This document shows positions 37,910 through 47,216 of a stretch of DNA of 64,000 nt, piece after piece. The translations under genes were made by a program, and so were the position numbers. Location: the NCBI GenBank assembly GCA_029865985.1, contig JARXAF010000123.1, forward strand, positions 2,003 to 66,002, read 5' to 3'. The notes below the pieces were generated by a model. That model saw only the letters and a list, made by a program, of their open reading frames with translations. It ran no database searches and was not told where the DNA came from. This DNA is from Verrucomicrobiota bacterium. GTDB lineage: Bacteria; Verrucomicrobiota; Verrucomicrobiia; Limisphaerales; UBA9464. Numbering within the stretch: position 1 is the stretch's first letter; each line of letters begins with the position of its first letter.

Positions 37910-40900
37910 TCATCGGGCGGACGGGCTGGCCAAGACCTCGCGCTGCCCCGCCGTCACCGGCACCGTGGCCGATGAACCTCCGGGCCAATGAATCTCCACC
38001 GCATCGACCTTCTGGTCTCCGACGCCCAAGACCAGCACTGGGTCATCGCAGGACCCGTCGCCAGAACCCAGATGGATCTCCCGCCACGGACCGAAGCCCG
38101 AAGCCGATTTCCATCGAACCCGGGCGCCGACAGCCGTGGGATTGCCGCCTACTCCGGAAAGCCGAACCCGCAGCCCCGGACGCGCCGACACATTGCGCCA
38201 GAGGGTCGTCTCGGCGCCATTCTGGCCCACCGCCAAGTCCACCCGGCCGTCCGCATCGTAATCGCAAACCGCAGCCCCCCGGCCATCACCCTGTACGCGG
38301 ACGCCTGAGTTTTCTTCCGGCACAAAGCCACCCCGACCATCGCCGCGCAGCCACAATCCCCGCCCCGCATCGGAGCGTTCCGCAAAGGGATGTGCCGTGG
38401 ACAAGTTCTGCGAAAGAAACAAGTCGTCATGCCCGTCTCCGTCGAAATCGGCCACACAGAGCGAAGAAACCGGCGCGCGCTGCGCCACCGCCGGCAAGGG
38501 CTTCACCAGAAAGCGATCACCCCGATTGAGCAGCAGGACCGAATCCACCGTATCCACCGACACCGACCGGGCCGCCGACAACGCATCACCTAGGAGCATC
38601 GGCAAGGTGGCCTTGGAAAAAGCGACCAGGGATCCCACCCGTTCCCGTACCGCCGGATAGAGTGCGGCCCACAATCCCATTTCACGTTCCGGGCGATCCG
38701 CCTTGAGCGCGGGATCAAACCAACTCTCGGCCAGATCCAAGCCCTGACCGGAACCGAAATCGCCGTACCACAATCGGCGCGGCGCACTCCCCGAAGCGCT
38801 CCAGCGGGTGTTGCGACCCCAGTTGCCCAAGACCAAGTCCAATCGACCATCCTCATCGAAGTCACCCGCCACCACAGCATTCCAAAGCCCAGAGAACGAG
38901 CCGGAGGCCCCCTCGAGGACCGGCGCCCATTCCGTCAACCGACCCGATTCATTGCGGAAAAACCGGGGCGGAGCCCATTCCCGGGCCAGCACCAAATCAG
39001 GCCGAGCATCGCCATCGAGATCAGTGAAACACGCGGCCGTCACCAATCCCAGGTCGTCCCAACGGGTCACCGGTGTCAGGCGTCCGCCTTGATTGCGCAG
39101 CAACAACGAGGGGGCCGCCTCCGGATAACGACCCGCCACGGATCTCCCGCTGACAAACACCTCCAGAGATCCATCCCCGTCCACATCGGCCGCGGCCAGA
39201 GGACCGACGGCGAAGGCCGTGCCGACGAGCATTTCCCCGCTGCGTCCGCCGGCAGGGTCATACATGCGCAAGGCTCCGCCATTGGTCAGACCGTCCTCGT
39301 AATTCGAAATCCCCGCCAAGAGGACCCCATTGATGGGTAAAATCGAGGTCATGTCCCGACTGGTTGTCTTGTGGAAAGGCGGGGTTTCCCGAGCCTCGAA
39401 ACCGCCCTTCCCGTCCTGAATGCGAACCCCCGGCTTGCCGCCGCGACCGGAACCGATCACCAGATCGGGACGCCCATCCCCATTGAGATCCGTCCAGGTC
39501 AGGCTGGGCCCGAGTTGAGACAACCGATGGGGCATGGCTGGCTGGCGACCGAAATCATCGAAGGGCTCGTCCTCGTGCCGATGAGCCAAGCGCGCAGTCT
39601 GGTCCTCAAACCAGCGGACGGGCGGCTTTGACAAAGCAACGGTTGCGACGGCAGGCGCCTCGACTTCCGACACCTCCACCGCAGAACCAGCCGGCACCTC
39701 CCGCCATTCCGAGATCCGGCCCGAGGGCCATCGAACGCGCAACCCAACCGAAGCTGCGCGACCCGTGGCAAAGGATCGCACCGGCTCATCGCCGCTGAGG
39801 TAGCGCCCGCCGGCGATGATTTCCTGAGTCTGGTCCGGCAAGCCCGCGGCGCGAACCGTCACCGATGCGCCGATACCCCGGGTGTTGGAGTCCTTGCCTC
39901 GGAGGCCTACGAGGATCCGCGGAGCGCTCGCGTTGTTCCGATAAAACGCCGGCGCATCCATGAGGTCGTTCATCACGACGTCCAAATCACCGTCCCCGTC
40001 GAGATCGCCAATAGCGGCCCCTTGCGACATGGAATCCACGGTGAAGCCCCAAGCTTGGGAAACTTCTTCAAAAGTGGCATCCCCACGGTTGCGGAAGGCC
40101 ACGTTGGGTGTCGACAACTTGGGGAAGGATTTGACCATTTCGGTGATCTCCGCCGGAGACTTCAGGGCCCCGCGCCTCTGGGCCTCGGCGATGCGCCGCG
40201 CGCCGTCGCCATCCTGGAAATCGCGCCACTGTCCATTGGGGACGAGCAGGTCCTCGAACCCATCCAAGTCGATGTCCAGGATCACCGGCCCCCAGGACCA
40301 TTCGCTGGCTTCCACCCCAGCCTGCCAGGCGACATCCGCCCAGGTACCATCGCCGCGGTTGAGTTGCAGGACGTTCCGCTGGACCTGGGCCCGATCCGCA
40401 AACCGTCCGGGCTGGCGCATCACCGGGGACATGCCCGCCGTCTGAGTCTGCCGCCAGGATCGGTTGCGACTGAACATGTCCACGGCGAAGAAATCGACAT
40501 GGCCATTGCGATCGAGATCGCCGAAGTCGATGCCCATGGAAAACGTGGGATTGCTCCTCAAGGCCATCACCGACAGTTCGCGAAAACGCAGGCGATGATC
40601 CGGACCTGTCTCGTTGATCCAGATGCGGTCCGGGGTGTGCAAGTCGTTGCAGACATACAAGTCCGGTTTCCCATCGCCCGTCATATCTTGGAAGCGAGCA
40701 GCCAAGCCCCAGTCCCGCGGAGGGGCCAACAAGGCTTTGCCGGCCGAGTCCAAAAAGGTGCCGTCGGTCCACGAGGCCCGCACAAAACGACCCCGCCCCT
40801 CGTTCAGGAACATCGAGTCGACTTCACCCATTTCGACCACCTCACCGCCTGAATGGATCTCGAATCGGTTCGTGAGGTCCGGCGCGGTGGCCGGCCGTCC

Positions 40901-41623
40901 ATTGACAGCCACAACCACCGTCCCCGCATCGGTCTGTCGGAGTTGGTACCGGGTGTTCGGTTGATCAAGGACGGTGGTCGGGCGGAAGTGCGCCACGTAG
41001 AGGTCCAGGTCACCATCGCCATCCACGTCGGCCAAGGCCATCGAAGTCGCCCCACTGCGCGAACGTAACCCGGCCGCATCAGTGGTCTCCTGAAAACGAC
41101 CCGAACCCTCATTGAGCCAAAGGCGGGTGCCGCCGCCCAACTGATTGACCAACAAGTCGGAGTCTCCGTCCCCATCCACATCGGCAAAAGCCGCTCCGGT
41201 CGAATCGTTGGATCCTGAAGACGGGGTGAGCCAATTCACACCCGGCAAAGCTTGGGCCGTCACATTGGTGAAGCGCCAATTCCCCAAGTTGCGGTACAGG
41301 GCGTTGGTTGAATCCAACCCGCAGAAGAAGACATCGAGACGTCCATCGCCATCCACATCGGCCAGCGCCACTCCCGAACCGGAGACGAGATTGCGGTTGG
41401 TGACCGCCCGTTCTTCGGAGAGTCGGTTGGTGAAATCAATCCCCAGATCCGGAGCCGACAATCGGGTCAGACCGGGTGCGGACGGAGATACCGAGGGCAA
41501 GGTCTGGATCCGAAGACCTGTCTGGGCCGCTCGCAATCCCGGCATCGAAACCAAGGACATGACCAACACAGCGAACAACCTCTGGAGGTTCGCTAAAATC
41601 ATCGAGCGATGCGGATTCATCAT
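37910..41623 (-). CDS. FG-GAP/VCBS repeat + UnbV_ASPIC protein (CRTAC1-like), double module
   Basis: There are many DVDGDGxxDL FG-GAP calcium loops. Two UnbV/ASPIC-like blocks are present (RGIGASVTVRAAGLPDQTQEIIAGGRYLSGDEP...VRWPSG and NPTAVGARVRWKSASG...HLGSGDGSCDDP...IHWPGG). The start MMNPHR overlaps the upstream stop (ATGA). Confidence 0.85.
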   Translation of the reverse strand: MMNPHRSMILANLQRLFAVLVMSLVSMPGLRAAQTGLRIQTLPSVSPSAPGLTRLSAPDLGIDFTNRLSEERAVTNRNLVSGSGVALADVDGDGRLDVFFCGLDSTNALYRNLGNWRFTNVTAQALPGVNWLTPSSGSNDSTGAAFADVDGDGDSDLLVNQLGGGTRLWLNEGSGRFQETTDAAGLRSRSGATSMALADVDGDGDLDLYVAHFRPTTVLDQPNTRYQLRQTDAGTVVVAVNGRPATAPDLTNRFEIHSGGEVVEMGEVDSMFLNEGRGRFVRASWTDGTFLDSAGKALLAPPRDWGLAARFQDMTGDGKPDLYVCNDLHTPDRIWINETGPDHRLRFRELSVMALRSNPTFSMGIDFGDLDRNGHVDFFAVDMFSRNRSWRQTQTAGMSPVMRQPGRFADRAQVQRNVLQLNRGDGTWADVAWQAGVEASEWSWGPVILDIDLDGFEDLLVPNGQWRDFQDGDGARRIAEAQRRGALKSPAEITEMVKSFPKLSTPNVAFRNRGDATFEEVSQAWGFTVDSMSQGAAIGDLDGDGDLDVVMNDLMDAPAFYRNNASAPRILVGLRGKDSNTRGIGASVTVRAAGLPDQTQEIIAGGRYLSGDEPVRSFATGRAASVGLRVRWPSGRISEWREVPAGSAVEVSEVEAPAVATVALSKPPVRWFEDQTARLAHRHEDEPFDDFGRQPAMPHRLSQLGPSLTWTDLNGDGRPDLVIGSGRGGKPGVRIQDGKGGFEARETPPFHKTTSRDMTSILPINGVLLAGISNYEDGLTNGGALRMYDPAGGRSGEMLVGTAFAVGPLAAADVDGDGSLEVFVSGRSVAGRYPEAAPSLLLRNQGGRLTPVTRWDDLGLVTAACFTDLDGDARPDLVLAREWAPPRFFRNESGRLTEWAPVLEGASGSFSGLWNAVVAGDFDEDGRLDLVLGNWGRNTRWSASGSAPRRLWYGDFGSGQGLDLAESWFDPALKADRPEREMGLWAALYPAVRERVGSLVAFSKATLPMLLGDALSAARSVSVDTVDSVLLLNRGDRFLVKPLPAVAQRAPVSSLCVADFDGDGHDDLFLSQNLSTAHPFAERSDAGRGLWLRGDGRGGFVPEENSGVRVQGDGRGAAVCDYDADGRVDLAVGQNGAETTLWRNVSARPGLRVRLSGVGGNPTAVGARVRWKSASGFGPWREIHLGSGDGSCDDPVLVLGVGDQKVDAVEIHWPGGSSATVPVTAGQREVLASPSAR

Positions 41624-44600
41624 GGCTTCAACGTGATCTCAGCCACCCCGGCCGCGACCGGCACGCGTCGCACCGCGCCACCGGGCCAGCGCACCTCGAC
41701 CTCACCGGCCGCCCGATCCGAGGCGAGGATGGTCACCGGGCTGTCCACACTGCAGTAGCCTCCGCCCATCCGAATTTCACGACGCCCCCACGCCTTGCCG
41801 CCGGCCCACCATCGTAGGGATGTGCCGATCCCGGTCGGATTCCCGGGAGGCCCCTTGAGCCGAACCCGAAGACCCGGGCGCGCGGCGCGGTTGCGGAAGA
41901 GCAGCGTCGGTCCGCTGTTCTGACTCAAAGCCAAATCGGTGCGCCCATCGGCATCCAAGTCCGCCAAGGCCACACCGCGTTGCTCACCCCAGGCCACGAT
42001 GCCCGAGTGCTCGTCGGCCCGGAAGTCACCGCGCCCCGTTCCTCTCAGGAGCAATCCCCGCCCCGCGTCATAGCGGGCGTCATCTGAATGCACACCGAAG
42101 TGGTTTTGAGATAGGAACAAGTCCTCGGTTCCGTCGCCATCGAGATCAGACACCGCCAACCCATAGGCCGGCGCCAACTGGGCCCGCAGCGGCAACGGTC
42201 GCCATTCCAAATGGTCTCCCCGATTCAGGAAAACTCCCGAATCCAGATTGAGCGCTGACACGCTGGGCAATGGGCCCAGAAGCGGACCCAAGAGTTCCTC
42301 CATGGAAGACTTACCGAAGGTCCCCGCATCCGGGAAACGCTTCGCCACATCCGGGATGAAGGCCGCCAGTGCGGGCCGTTTGCGGACAGGCCAATCCCGC
42401 CCATCAGGCCCGATATAGCTCTCCAGAAGATCCCAGATACCATCGTCGAGCAGGTCCCCGGAACGGATCCGCAACGGTCGCCGGCGGGCATCGGCTCCCA
42501 GGAAGTGGTTCCGACCCCAGTTCCCCGCGGCCAAGTCCATGCGTCCGTCGCCATCAAAATCACCCGCTGTGATGCCCAACCAAAGACCCGTCCACTGGGA
42601 GAGGCGCTCAACACCGGCCGGCAATCCGGTGCCACGCAGTGGCGGATCCCAAGCCTCCAGAGCGCCCCCTCGATTGCGAAACAAGCGAACCGCCCCCCAG
42701 GCCGTGCTCACCACCAAATCAGGCCGCGCATCGTCATCCAGGTCGGTGAAAACCACGCCATTGACCAGACCCAGTTTTTCAAAAGCGTTCTGAATCCCCA
42801 AACGTCCGCCGCGGTTCTTCAACAAAAACGACGTCGCCGGCTCCGGATAACGCCCTGGCACTTCCCGAACACCAACAAACACTTCCAACTCGCCGTCTCC
42901 ATCCACATCGGCCGCCGCCATGGAACCCACCGGGCAGGCTCGACCGCTCAGGATTTCACCGCTCGCTCCGGACGCCAGGTCCACGATCCGGATCGCGCCG
43001 CCATTGGTGACCCCGTCCTCACCATTGCTGATGCCCGTCAGGATTACCCCACGCAACACCATCACGGTGGTCAGATCCCGAGGGGCGGGCTTGAGCAACG
43101 CTGGATTGGAAAAGGCCGAGAAGCCTCCATGGGAGTCGTTGGTGAACACCCCGAGCGTTCCACCCTGACCGGCGGAAATGAGGAGATCATCCCACCCATC
43201 CCCGTTGAGGTCGGCCCAGGTGACGCCCGGTCCGGTCTGGCTGAGATCGAAGGGTTTTAACGGCTGGCGTCCAAATTCATCAAATGGGGTATCGGTGTGG
43301 ACATGCGCCAAGCGGTCCGAAATCGACTCGAACAGCGGCGTTACCGGCGGTGGCGCAATGACAGCAACCGTCTCCTGCTCTGCAATCTCCACAACACCGG
43401 GGCCAACACCGGTGCGTCGGGTCACCCGTCCACTGCGCCAAGTCACCTCGATGTCCGCCGTTGTCGCCGTACCCAACGCAAAGCACCGAATCGCGTCATC
43501 CCCCGACAAGTAGCGACCGCCAGACATCATTTCTTGGGACTGCACCGGGAGCCCTTGAGCCACCACCCGGATCTTGGCTCCGATGCCCCGGGAATTCCCG
43601 GCAACTCCCCGCAATCGAACAGCCACCCTCGGTGCCGTGGTCCGATTGCGGTAGAGCTTCGGTGGGTCATTCAAGGCGTTCAGCACCAGGTCCATATCCC
43701 CATCGCCATCCAGATCGGCCGCGGCCATGCCTTGCTCGACCCCCGGCGCATCGAAGCCCCAGGCTTGAGTCACCTCTTCAAAGGTCAAATCCCCGCGATT
43801 GCGGAAGGCGGCATTGGGCGTATCGAGCCGGGCGAACATCCGACGCATGTCCAGGATTTCGAGGAAACCCATTTTTCGGCTCGATTTCATCGCCTCAGCG
43901 CGGGCCCCGACATCCACATCGAACATGTCCATCTCGTTGCCGTTGGAGATAAGGAGATCCTCGTACCCGTCCAAATCGACATCCAGGAATAGCGGCGTCC
44001 ACGACCAATCACTGGCACTGACCCCGGCCAAACGGCCGATCTCGGCGAAGGTTCCATCCCCACGCCCGAGAAACAGGGTATTGTGAGAAAACTGGGGCCG
44101 ATCGTCCCAGATTCCGGGCTGATAAAACCCGGGCGGCACCCCGTCCATCTGAACATTCCGCCGCTGATGATCGCGACTGAGCATGTCCAGCACCACAAAG
44201 TCATCCACGCCGTCGCGATCGATGTCGGCAGCGTCCACCCCCATCGAGAAGGCGCTGGTCTGCCGCAAGGCCAATTGGGGAGCCGCCCGAAATAGCAAGG
44301 GGCCACCGGGAGCCGTTTCATTGACCCAGAATCGGTCTTCCGACTGAAAGTCATTGCAGACGTACAAGTCCGGCCGCCCATCGCCGGTGAGATCCCGAAA
44401 CAGAACGCTCAATCCCCAATCTTGCGGTGCCGAGTCGAGCGGACGACCCGCGGTGTTCAGGAAAGCCCCACGCGTCCAAGGCACCTCCGTGAAAATCCCT
44501 TTGCCATCATTGAGGTATAAGGCATCCACCTCGCCGTTTTCACGAGGGCCCATCGGAGTCATGGTGAACCTCCCCACCAAATCGGGCTCCTCAGTCGAAC

Positions 44601-45261
44601 GGCCATTGTAGGCTACAATCCGCTGGCGCCCATTTTCCTCGCGCAGTGAATACTTGGCCTTGGGATCATCACGCACCGTCACCGTGCGGTAGTTGGCGAC
44701 GTACAAATCCAAATCTCCGTCCGCATCCACGTCGGCCAATGAAAGACTCGATCCCGCTCGGTTGGGATTGAGGACAACACCCGGTGTGAAATGCCCTTTA
44801 CCATCGTTGTGATAAATCCGGGTTCCTTGAGCGAGTGTGTTGAGCAAGAGATCCAGATCCCCATCGCCATCAATATCTGCCAGGACGACACCGGTTCCAT
44901 CGAGCGATGATAGGGCGGTTGTTCCAAAGGCTGCCTCTGTCATAGAGGCGAACCTCATCTGCCCCAGATTGCGGAACAATGCACTCCCGCCCGAATAAGC
45001 CGCCAAAAAGAGGTCAGGGCGACCATCTCCGTCCACATCACCCAAGGCCACACCGGAGCCATTGAGCGGAATTTGGTTGGTGAGATAACGTGAAGGCGGG
45101 ACCGAATTGGTGAACACCAGTCCAGTCAGGTCGGCCTTGAGCAATTCGAAGCCCACCGAGGCATCTCCCAGAACGACCCGGTTGGTCAGAAAACCAATCA
45201 GCAGCAGCAAGATGCAATGGAACCTGCGGGGTGACACGCCGCCAGCATTGCGGCTTCCCAT
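41620..45261 (-). CDS. FG-GAP/VCBS repeat + UnbV_ASPIC protein (CRTAC1-like), double module, paralog of 37910-41623
   Basis: It has the same architecture and is colinear with its neighbour. Examples are SRGIGAKIRVVAQGLPVQSQEMMSGGRYLSGDDA...VTWRSG and NPTGIGTSLRWWAGGKAWGRREIRMGGGYCSVDSP...VRWPGG. The N-terminal hydrophobic signal is FHCILLLLIGFL. Confidence 0.85.
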   Translation of the reverse strand: MGSRNAGGVSPRRFHCILLLLIGFLTNRVVLGDASVGFELLKADLTGLVFTNSVPPSRYLTNQIPLNGSGVALGDVDGDGRPDLFLAAYSGGSALFRNLGQMRFASMTEAAFGTTALSSLDGTGVVLADIDGDGDLDLLLNTLAQGTRIYHNDGKGHFTPGVVLNPNRAGSSLSLADVDADGDLDLYVANYRTVTVRDDPKAKYSLREENGRQRIVAYNGRSTEEPDLVGRFTMTPMGPRENGEVDALYLNDGKGIFTEVPWTRGAFLNTAGRPLDSAPQDWGLSVLFRDLTGDGRPDLYVCNDFQSEDRFWVNETAPGGPLLFRAAPQLALRQTSAFSMGVDAADIDRDGVDDFVVLDMLSRDHQRRNVQMDGVPPGFYQPGIWDDRPQFSHNTLFLGRGDGTFAEIGRLAGVSASDWSWTPLFLDVDLDGYEDLLISNGNEMDMFDVDVGARAEAMKSSRKMGFLEILDMRRMFARLDTPNAAFRNRGDLTFEEVTQAWGFDAPGVEQGMAAADLDGDGDMDLVLNALNDPPKLYRNRTTAPRVAVRLRGVAGNSRGIGAKIRVVAQGLPVQSQEMMSGGRYLSGDDAIRCFALGTATTADIEVTWRSGRVTRRTGVGPGVVEIAEQETVAVIAPPPVTPLFESISDRLAHVHTDTPFDEFGRQPLKPFDLSQTGPGVTWADLNGDGWDDLLISAGQGGTLGVFTNDSHGGFSAFSNPALLKPAPRDLTTVMVLRGVILTGISNGEDGVTNGGAIRIVDLASGASGEILSGRACPVGSMAAADVDGDGELEVFVGVREVPGRYPEPATSFLLKNRGGRLGIQNAFEKLGLVNGVVFTDLDDDARPDLVVSTAWGAVRLFRNRGGALEAWDPPLRGTGLPAGVERLSQWTGLWLGITAGDFDGDGRMDLAAGNWGRNHFLGADARRRPLRIRSGDLLDDGIWDLLESYIGPDGRDWPVRKRPALAAFIPDVAKRFPDAGTFGKSSMEELLGPLLGPLPSVSALNLDSGVFLNRGDHLEWRPLPLRAQLAPAYGLAVSDLDGDGTEDLFLSQNHFGVHSDDARYDAGRGLLLRGTGRGDFRADEHSGIVAWGEQRGVALADLDADGRTDLALSQNSGPTLLFRNRAARPGLRVRLKGPPGNPTGIGTSLRWWAGGKAWGRREIRMGGGYCSVDSPVTILASDRAAGEVEVRWPGGAVRRVPVAAGVAEITLKP

Positions 45262-45274
45262 CCGGGTTTCCAGT

Positions 45275-45310
45275 CGAGAACTCCAGCCGAGAACTCCAGC
45301 CGACCACTCC
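45275..45310. repeat. 13-bp tandem repeat (about 2.7 copies) upstream of the FG-GAP gene
   Basis: CGAGAACTCCAGC occurs at 45275-45287 and again at 45288-45300, followed by the partial copy CGACCACTCC. Confidence 0.7.
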
Positions 45311-45417
45311 GGGCCTGCCCGTGGCGAACCACAAGGCTAACGACAAGTGCACGAAACCCGCCGTTCACCCAAACAAGACCCGGAACCCGATCCCTGCTCC
45401 ACCGGCAGGAACCCAAT

Positions 45418-46818
45418 TCAGCGCGTGAGCTGCTTCTCGAGGTAACCCACGTCTTGACGCACCTTGGCCTCCACTTCCATCCGATCCCGCACCTGGCGGC
45501 AGGCATGCAAGACAGTGCCATGGTCACGCCCGCCAAAGGATTCACCGATCGCACTGAGCGAGTGCTCGGTGAGTTGACGGGTGAGGTACATGGCGATTTG
45601 CCGCGGGAAAGCGATGTTCTCGGGCCGCCGCTTGCTCGTCATGTCAGCCAGACGGATGTCGAAGTAATCGGCGACCCGCTTCTGAATCTCGCTCACTGAG
45701 ATGGCAACCTTGCCTTCTTCCTGGAGGATTTCCCGAAGCAGGGTCTCGACTGTTTCCAGATCAAGCGCCTTACCGGAAAGCTGTGCATAAGCCGCGACAC
45801 GCACCAAGGCACCCTCCAATCGACGGATATTGGTCCGGATGCGATGGGCCAAGAACGTGATGATCGGATCCGGCAACTTCACGCTGAGCGCCGCCGCCTT
45901 CTTGTTCAGGATGGCCAACCGAGTCTCGACGTCCGGGGCCTTGAGGTCGGCAGTCATTCCCCACTCGAAGCGGGAAATCAACCGCTGCTCCAAGCCCTGA
46001 ATCTCGTTAGCCGGCCGGTCGCAGGTCAGGACGATCTGCTTGTGAGCATCATGGAGAGCATTGAAGGTGTGAAAAAACTCCTCCTGGATGCGCTCTTTGC
46101 CCTGAAGGAACTGGATGTCATCGATCAACAGCACATCGAGTTCGCGGTGCTTCTTGCGAAACTTGGGCAACTGGCTGTTCTGCAGCGCTTCAATGAACTC
46201 GTTGGTGAACCGCTCGCAAGACAAGTAGCCGATACGGGCGTTCTTCTTGTTGGCCAGAACATGATGACCGATGGCTTGCAGTAGGTGTGTTTTACCCAAG
46301 CCCACGCCACCGAAGAGAAACAGCGGATTGTAAGTATGCCCCGGCTTCTGCGCCACCCCCATGCAGGCTGCGTGGGCATGATGGTTGTTGGAACCCACCA
46401 CAAAGGTCTCGAAACTGTTGTTCGGATTGAACAAAGGCTCCGACTTGCGAGGCAACTCCTTCACCAGCGGTTCGACGGCACGAACTTCAACCGGAGCAAC
46501 GCGTTCTGAAGCCGCTTCGGTAACCACCGGACGATCGGAGGCCGAATCAGCCGCAGCAACGGAATCTGCCGGGCGGATGGCAAAGGCCACTTGAATCGGA
46601 CGGATGGCCGCACGGCTGACAACCGATCGAAGGACATCCAGATAATTGTCCTTCAGCCAAAACTCACAAAATTCATCAGCCACCTCCAAAGTCAGAGTGT
46701 CTCCGTCCAGGCAGCGGGCCGTCACCGGGGCAAACCACAGGTTATACAACTCCGTTTTAAGCATTCCACGGAGGGTTTGCTGGGCGGCCAGCCACAGTGC
46801 TTGGGGTTGATCGGACAT
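45418..46818 (-). CDS. dnaA: chromosomal replication initiator protein DnaA
   Basis: YNPLFLFGGVGLGKTHLLQAIG is the Walker A motif. LLIDDIQFLQGKERIQEEFFHTFN, the VLTCDRPANEIQGLEQRLISRFEWG sensor region, and the C-terminal DNA-binding helix AFPRQIAMYLTRQLTEHSLSAIGESFGGRDHGTVLHA are also present. Confidence 0.95.
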   Translation of the reverse strand: MSDQPQALWLAAQQTLRGMLKTELYNLWFAPVTARCLDGDTLTLEVADEFCEFWLKDNYLDVLRSVVSRAAIRPIQVAFAIRPADSVAAADSASDRPVVTEAASERVAPVEVRAVEPLVKELPRKSEPLFNPNNSFETFVVGSNNHHAHAACMGVAQKPGHTYNPLFLFGGVGLGKTHLLQAIGHHVLANKKNARIGYLSCERFTNEFIEALQNSQLPKFRKKHRELDVLLIDDIQFLQGKERIQEEFFHTFNALHDAHKQIVLTCDRPANEIQGLEQRLISRFEWGMTADLKAPDVETRLAILNKKAAALSVKLPDPIITFLAHRIRTNIRRLEGALVRVAAYAQLSGKALDLETVETLLREILQEEGKVAISVSEIQKRVADYFDIRLADMTSKRRPENIAFPRQIAMYLTRQLTEHSLSAIGESFGGRDHGTVLHACRQVRDRMEVEAKVRQDVGYLEKQLTR

Positions 46819-47216
46819 GAGATATTTAATGGGGGCCTAAAATGGACAAGGTTCCGATTTATTCACTATCACCGTTTACAGAGCGATCGAGTCTTCCTGC
46901 AATTGTGACAGTTTCATGAAGCTTCCCGAACAGTCCATCGTGATCAAACCCGCGCCAGCACTCGCTGTGAACATATAAAACAGTTGAAAACACTGGGATT
47001 TCAACACATTTGCGAGCGCCTGGTGGAACATGATTGAGTGCGATTTCTTCTCGAGCTTGCCGTGATTCTTTCCACGGCGGGCGAGGCTTCTATGGCAAAG
47101 CAACGAGTACCGCGAGAACAAGTTTTTGGGTGTTGTTCCCAAGTTGTTCACAACCTGCAAAACGGCCCCAAATCCGGCGGATTTGACAAGCAAAACCGCC
47201 GGATTGGGCGACCCAT
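46819..47216. promoter_or_regulatory. dnaA upstream region with DnaA-box-like 8/9-mers (candidate dnaA promoter/autoregulatory region, possibly oriC)
   Basis: This is the locally most AT-rich stretch. TGTGAACAT at 46966-46974 (reverse complement ATGTTCACA), GGTGGAACA at 47022-47030 (reverse complement TGTTCCACC) and TTGTTCACA at 47144-47152 each differ from TTATCCACA at about 3 positions. A 10-bp inverted repeat AATCCGGCGG / CCGCCGGATT lies at 47171-47205. Confidence 0.3.

Noticed and set aside
46876-47193. 105-aa minus-strand ORF between the H1-like gene and dnaA
   Set aside because: It has no recognisable family (it is not rpmH/L34, which often lies near dnaA) and no ribosome-binding context. 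It occupies the AT-rich regulatory gap, and its sequence looks random. I kept it only as a caveat to the oriC/promoter interpretation.
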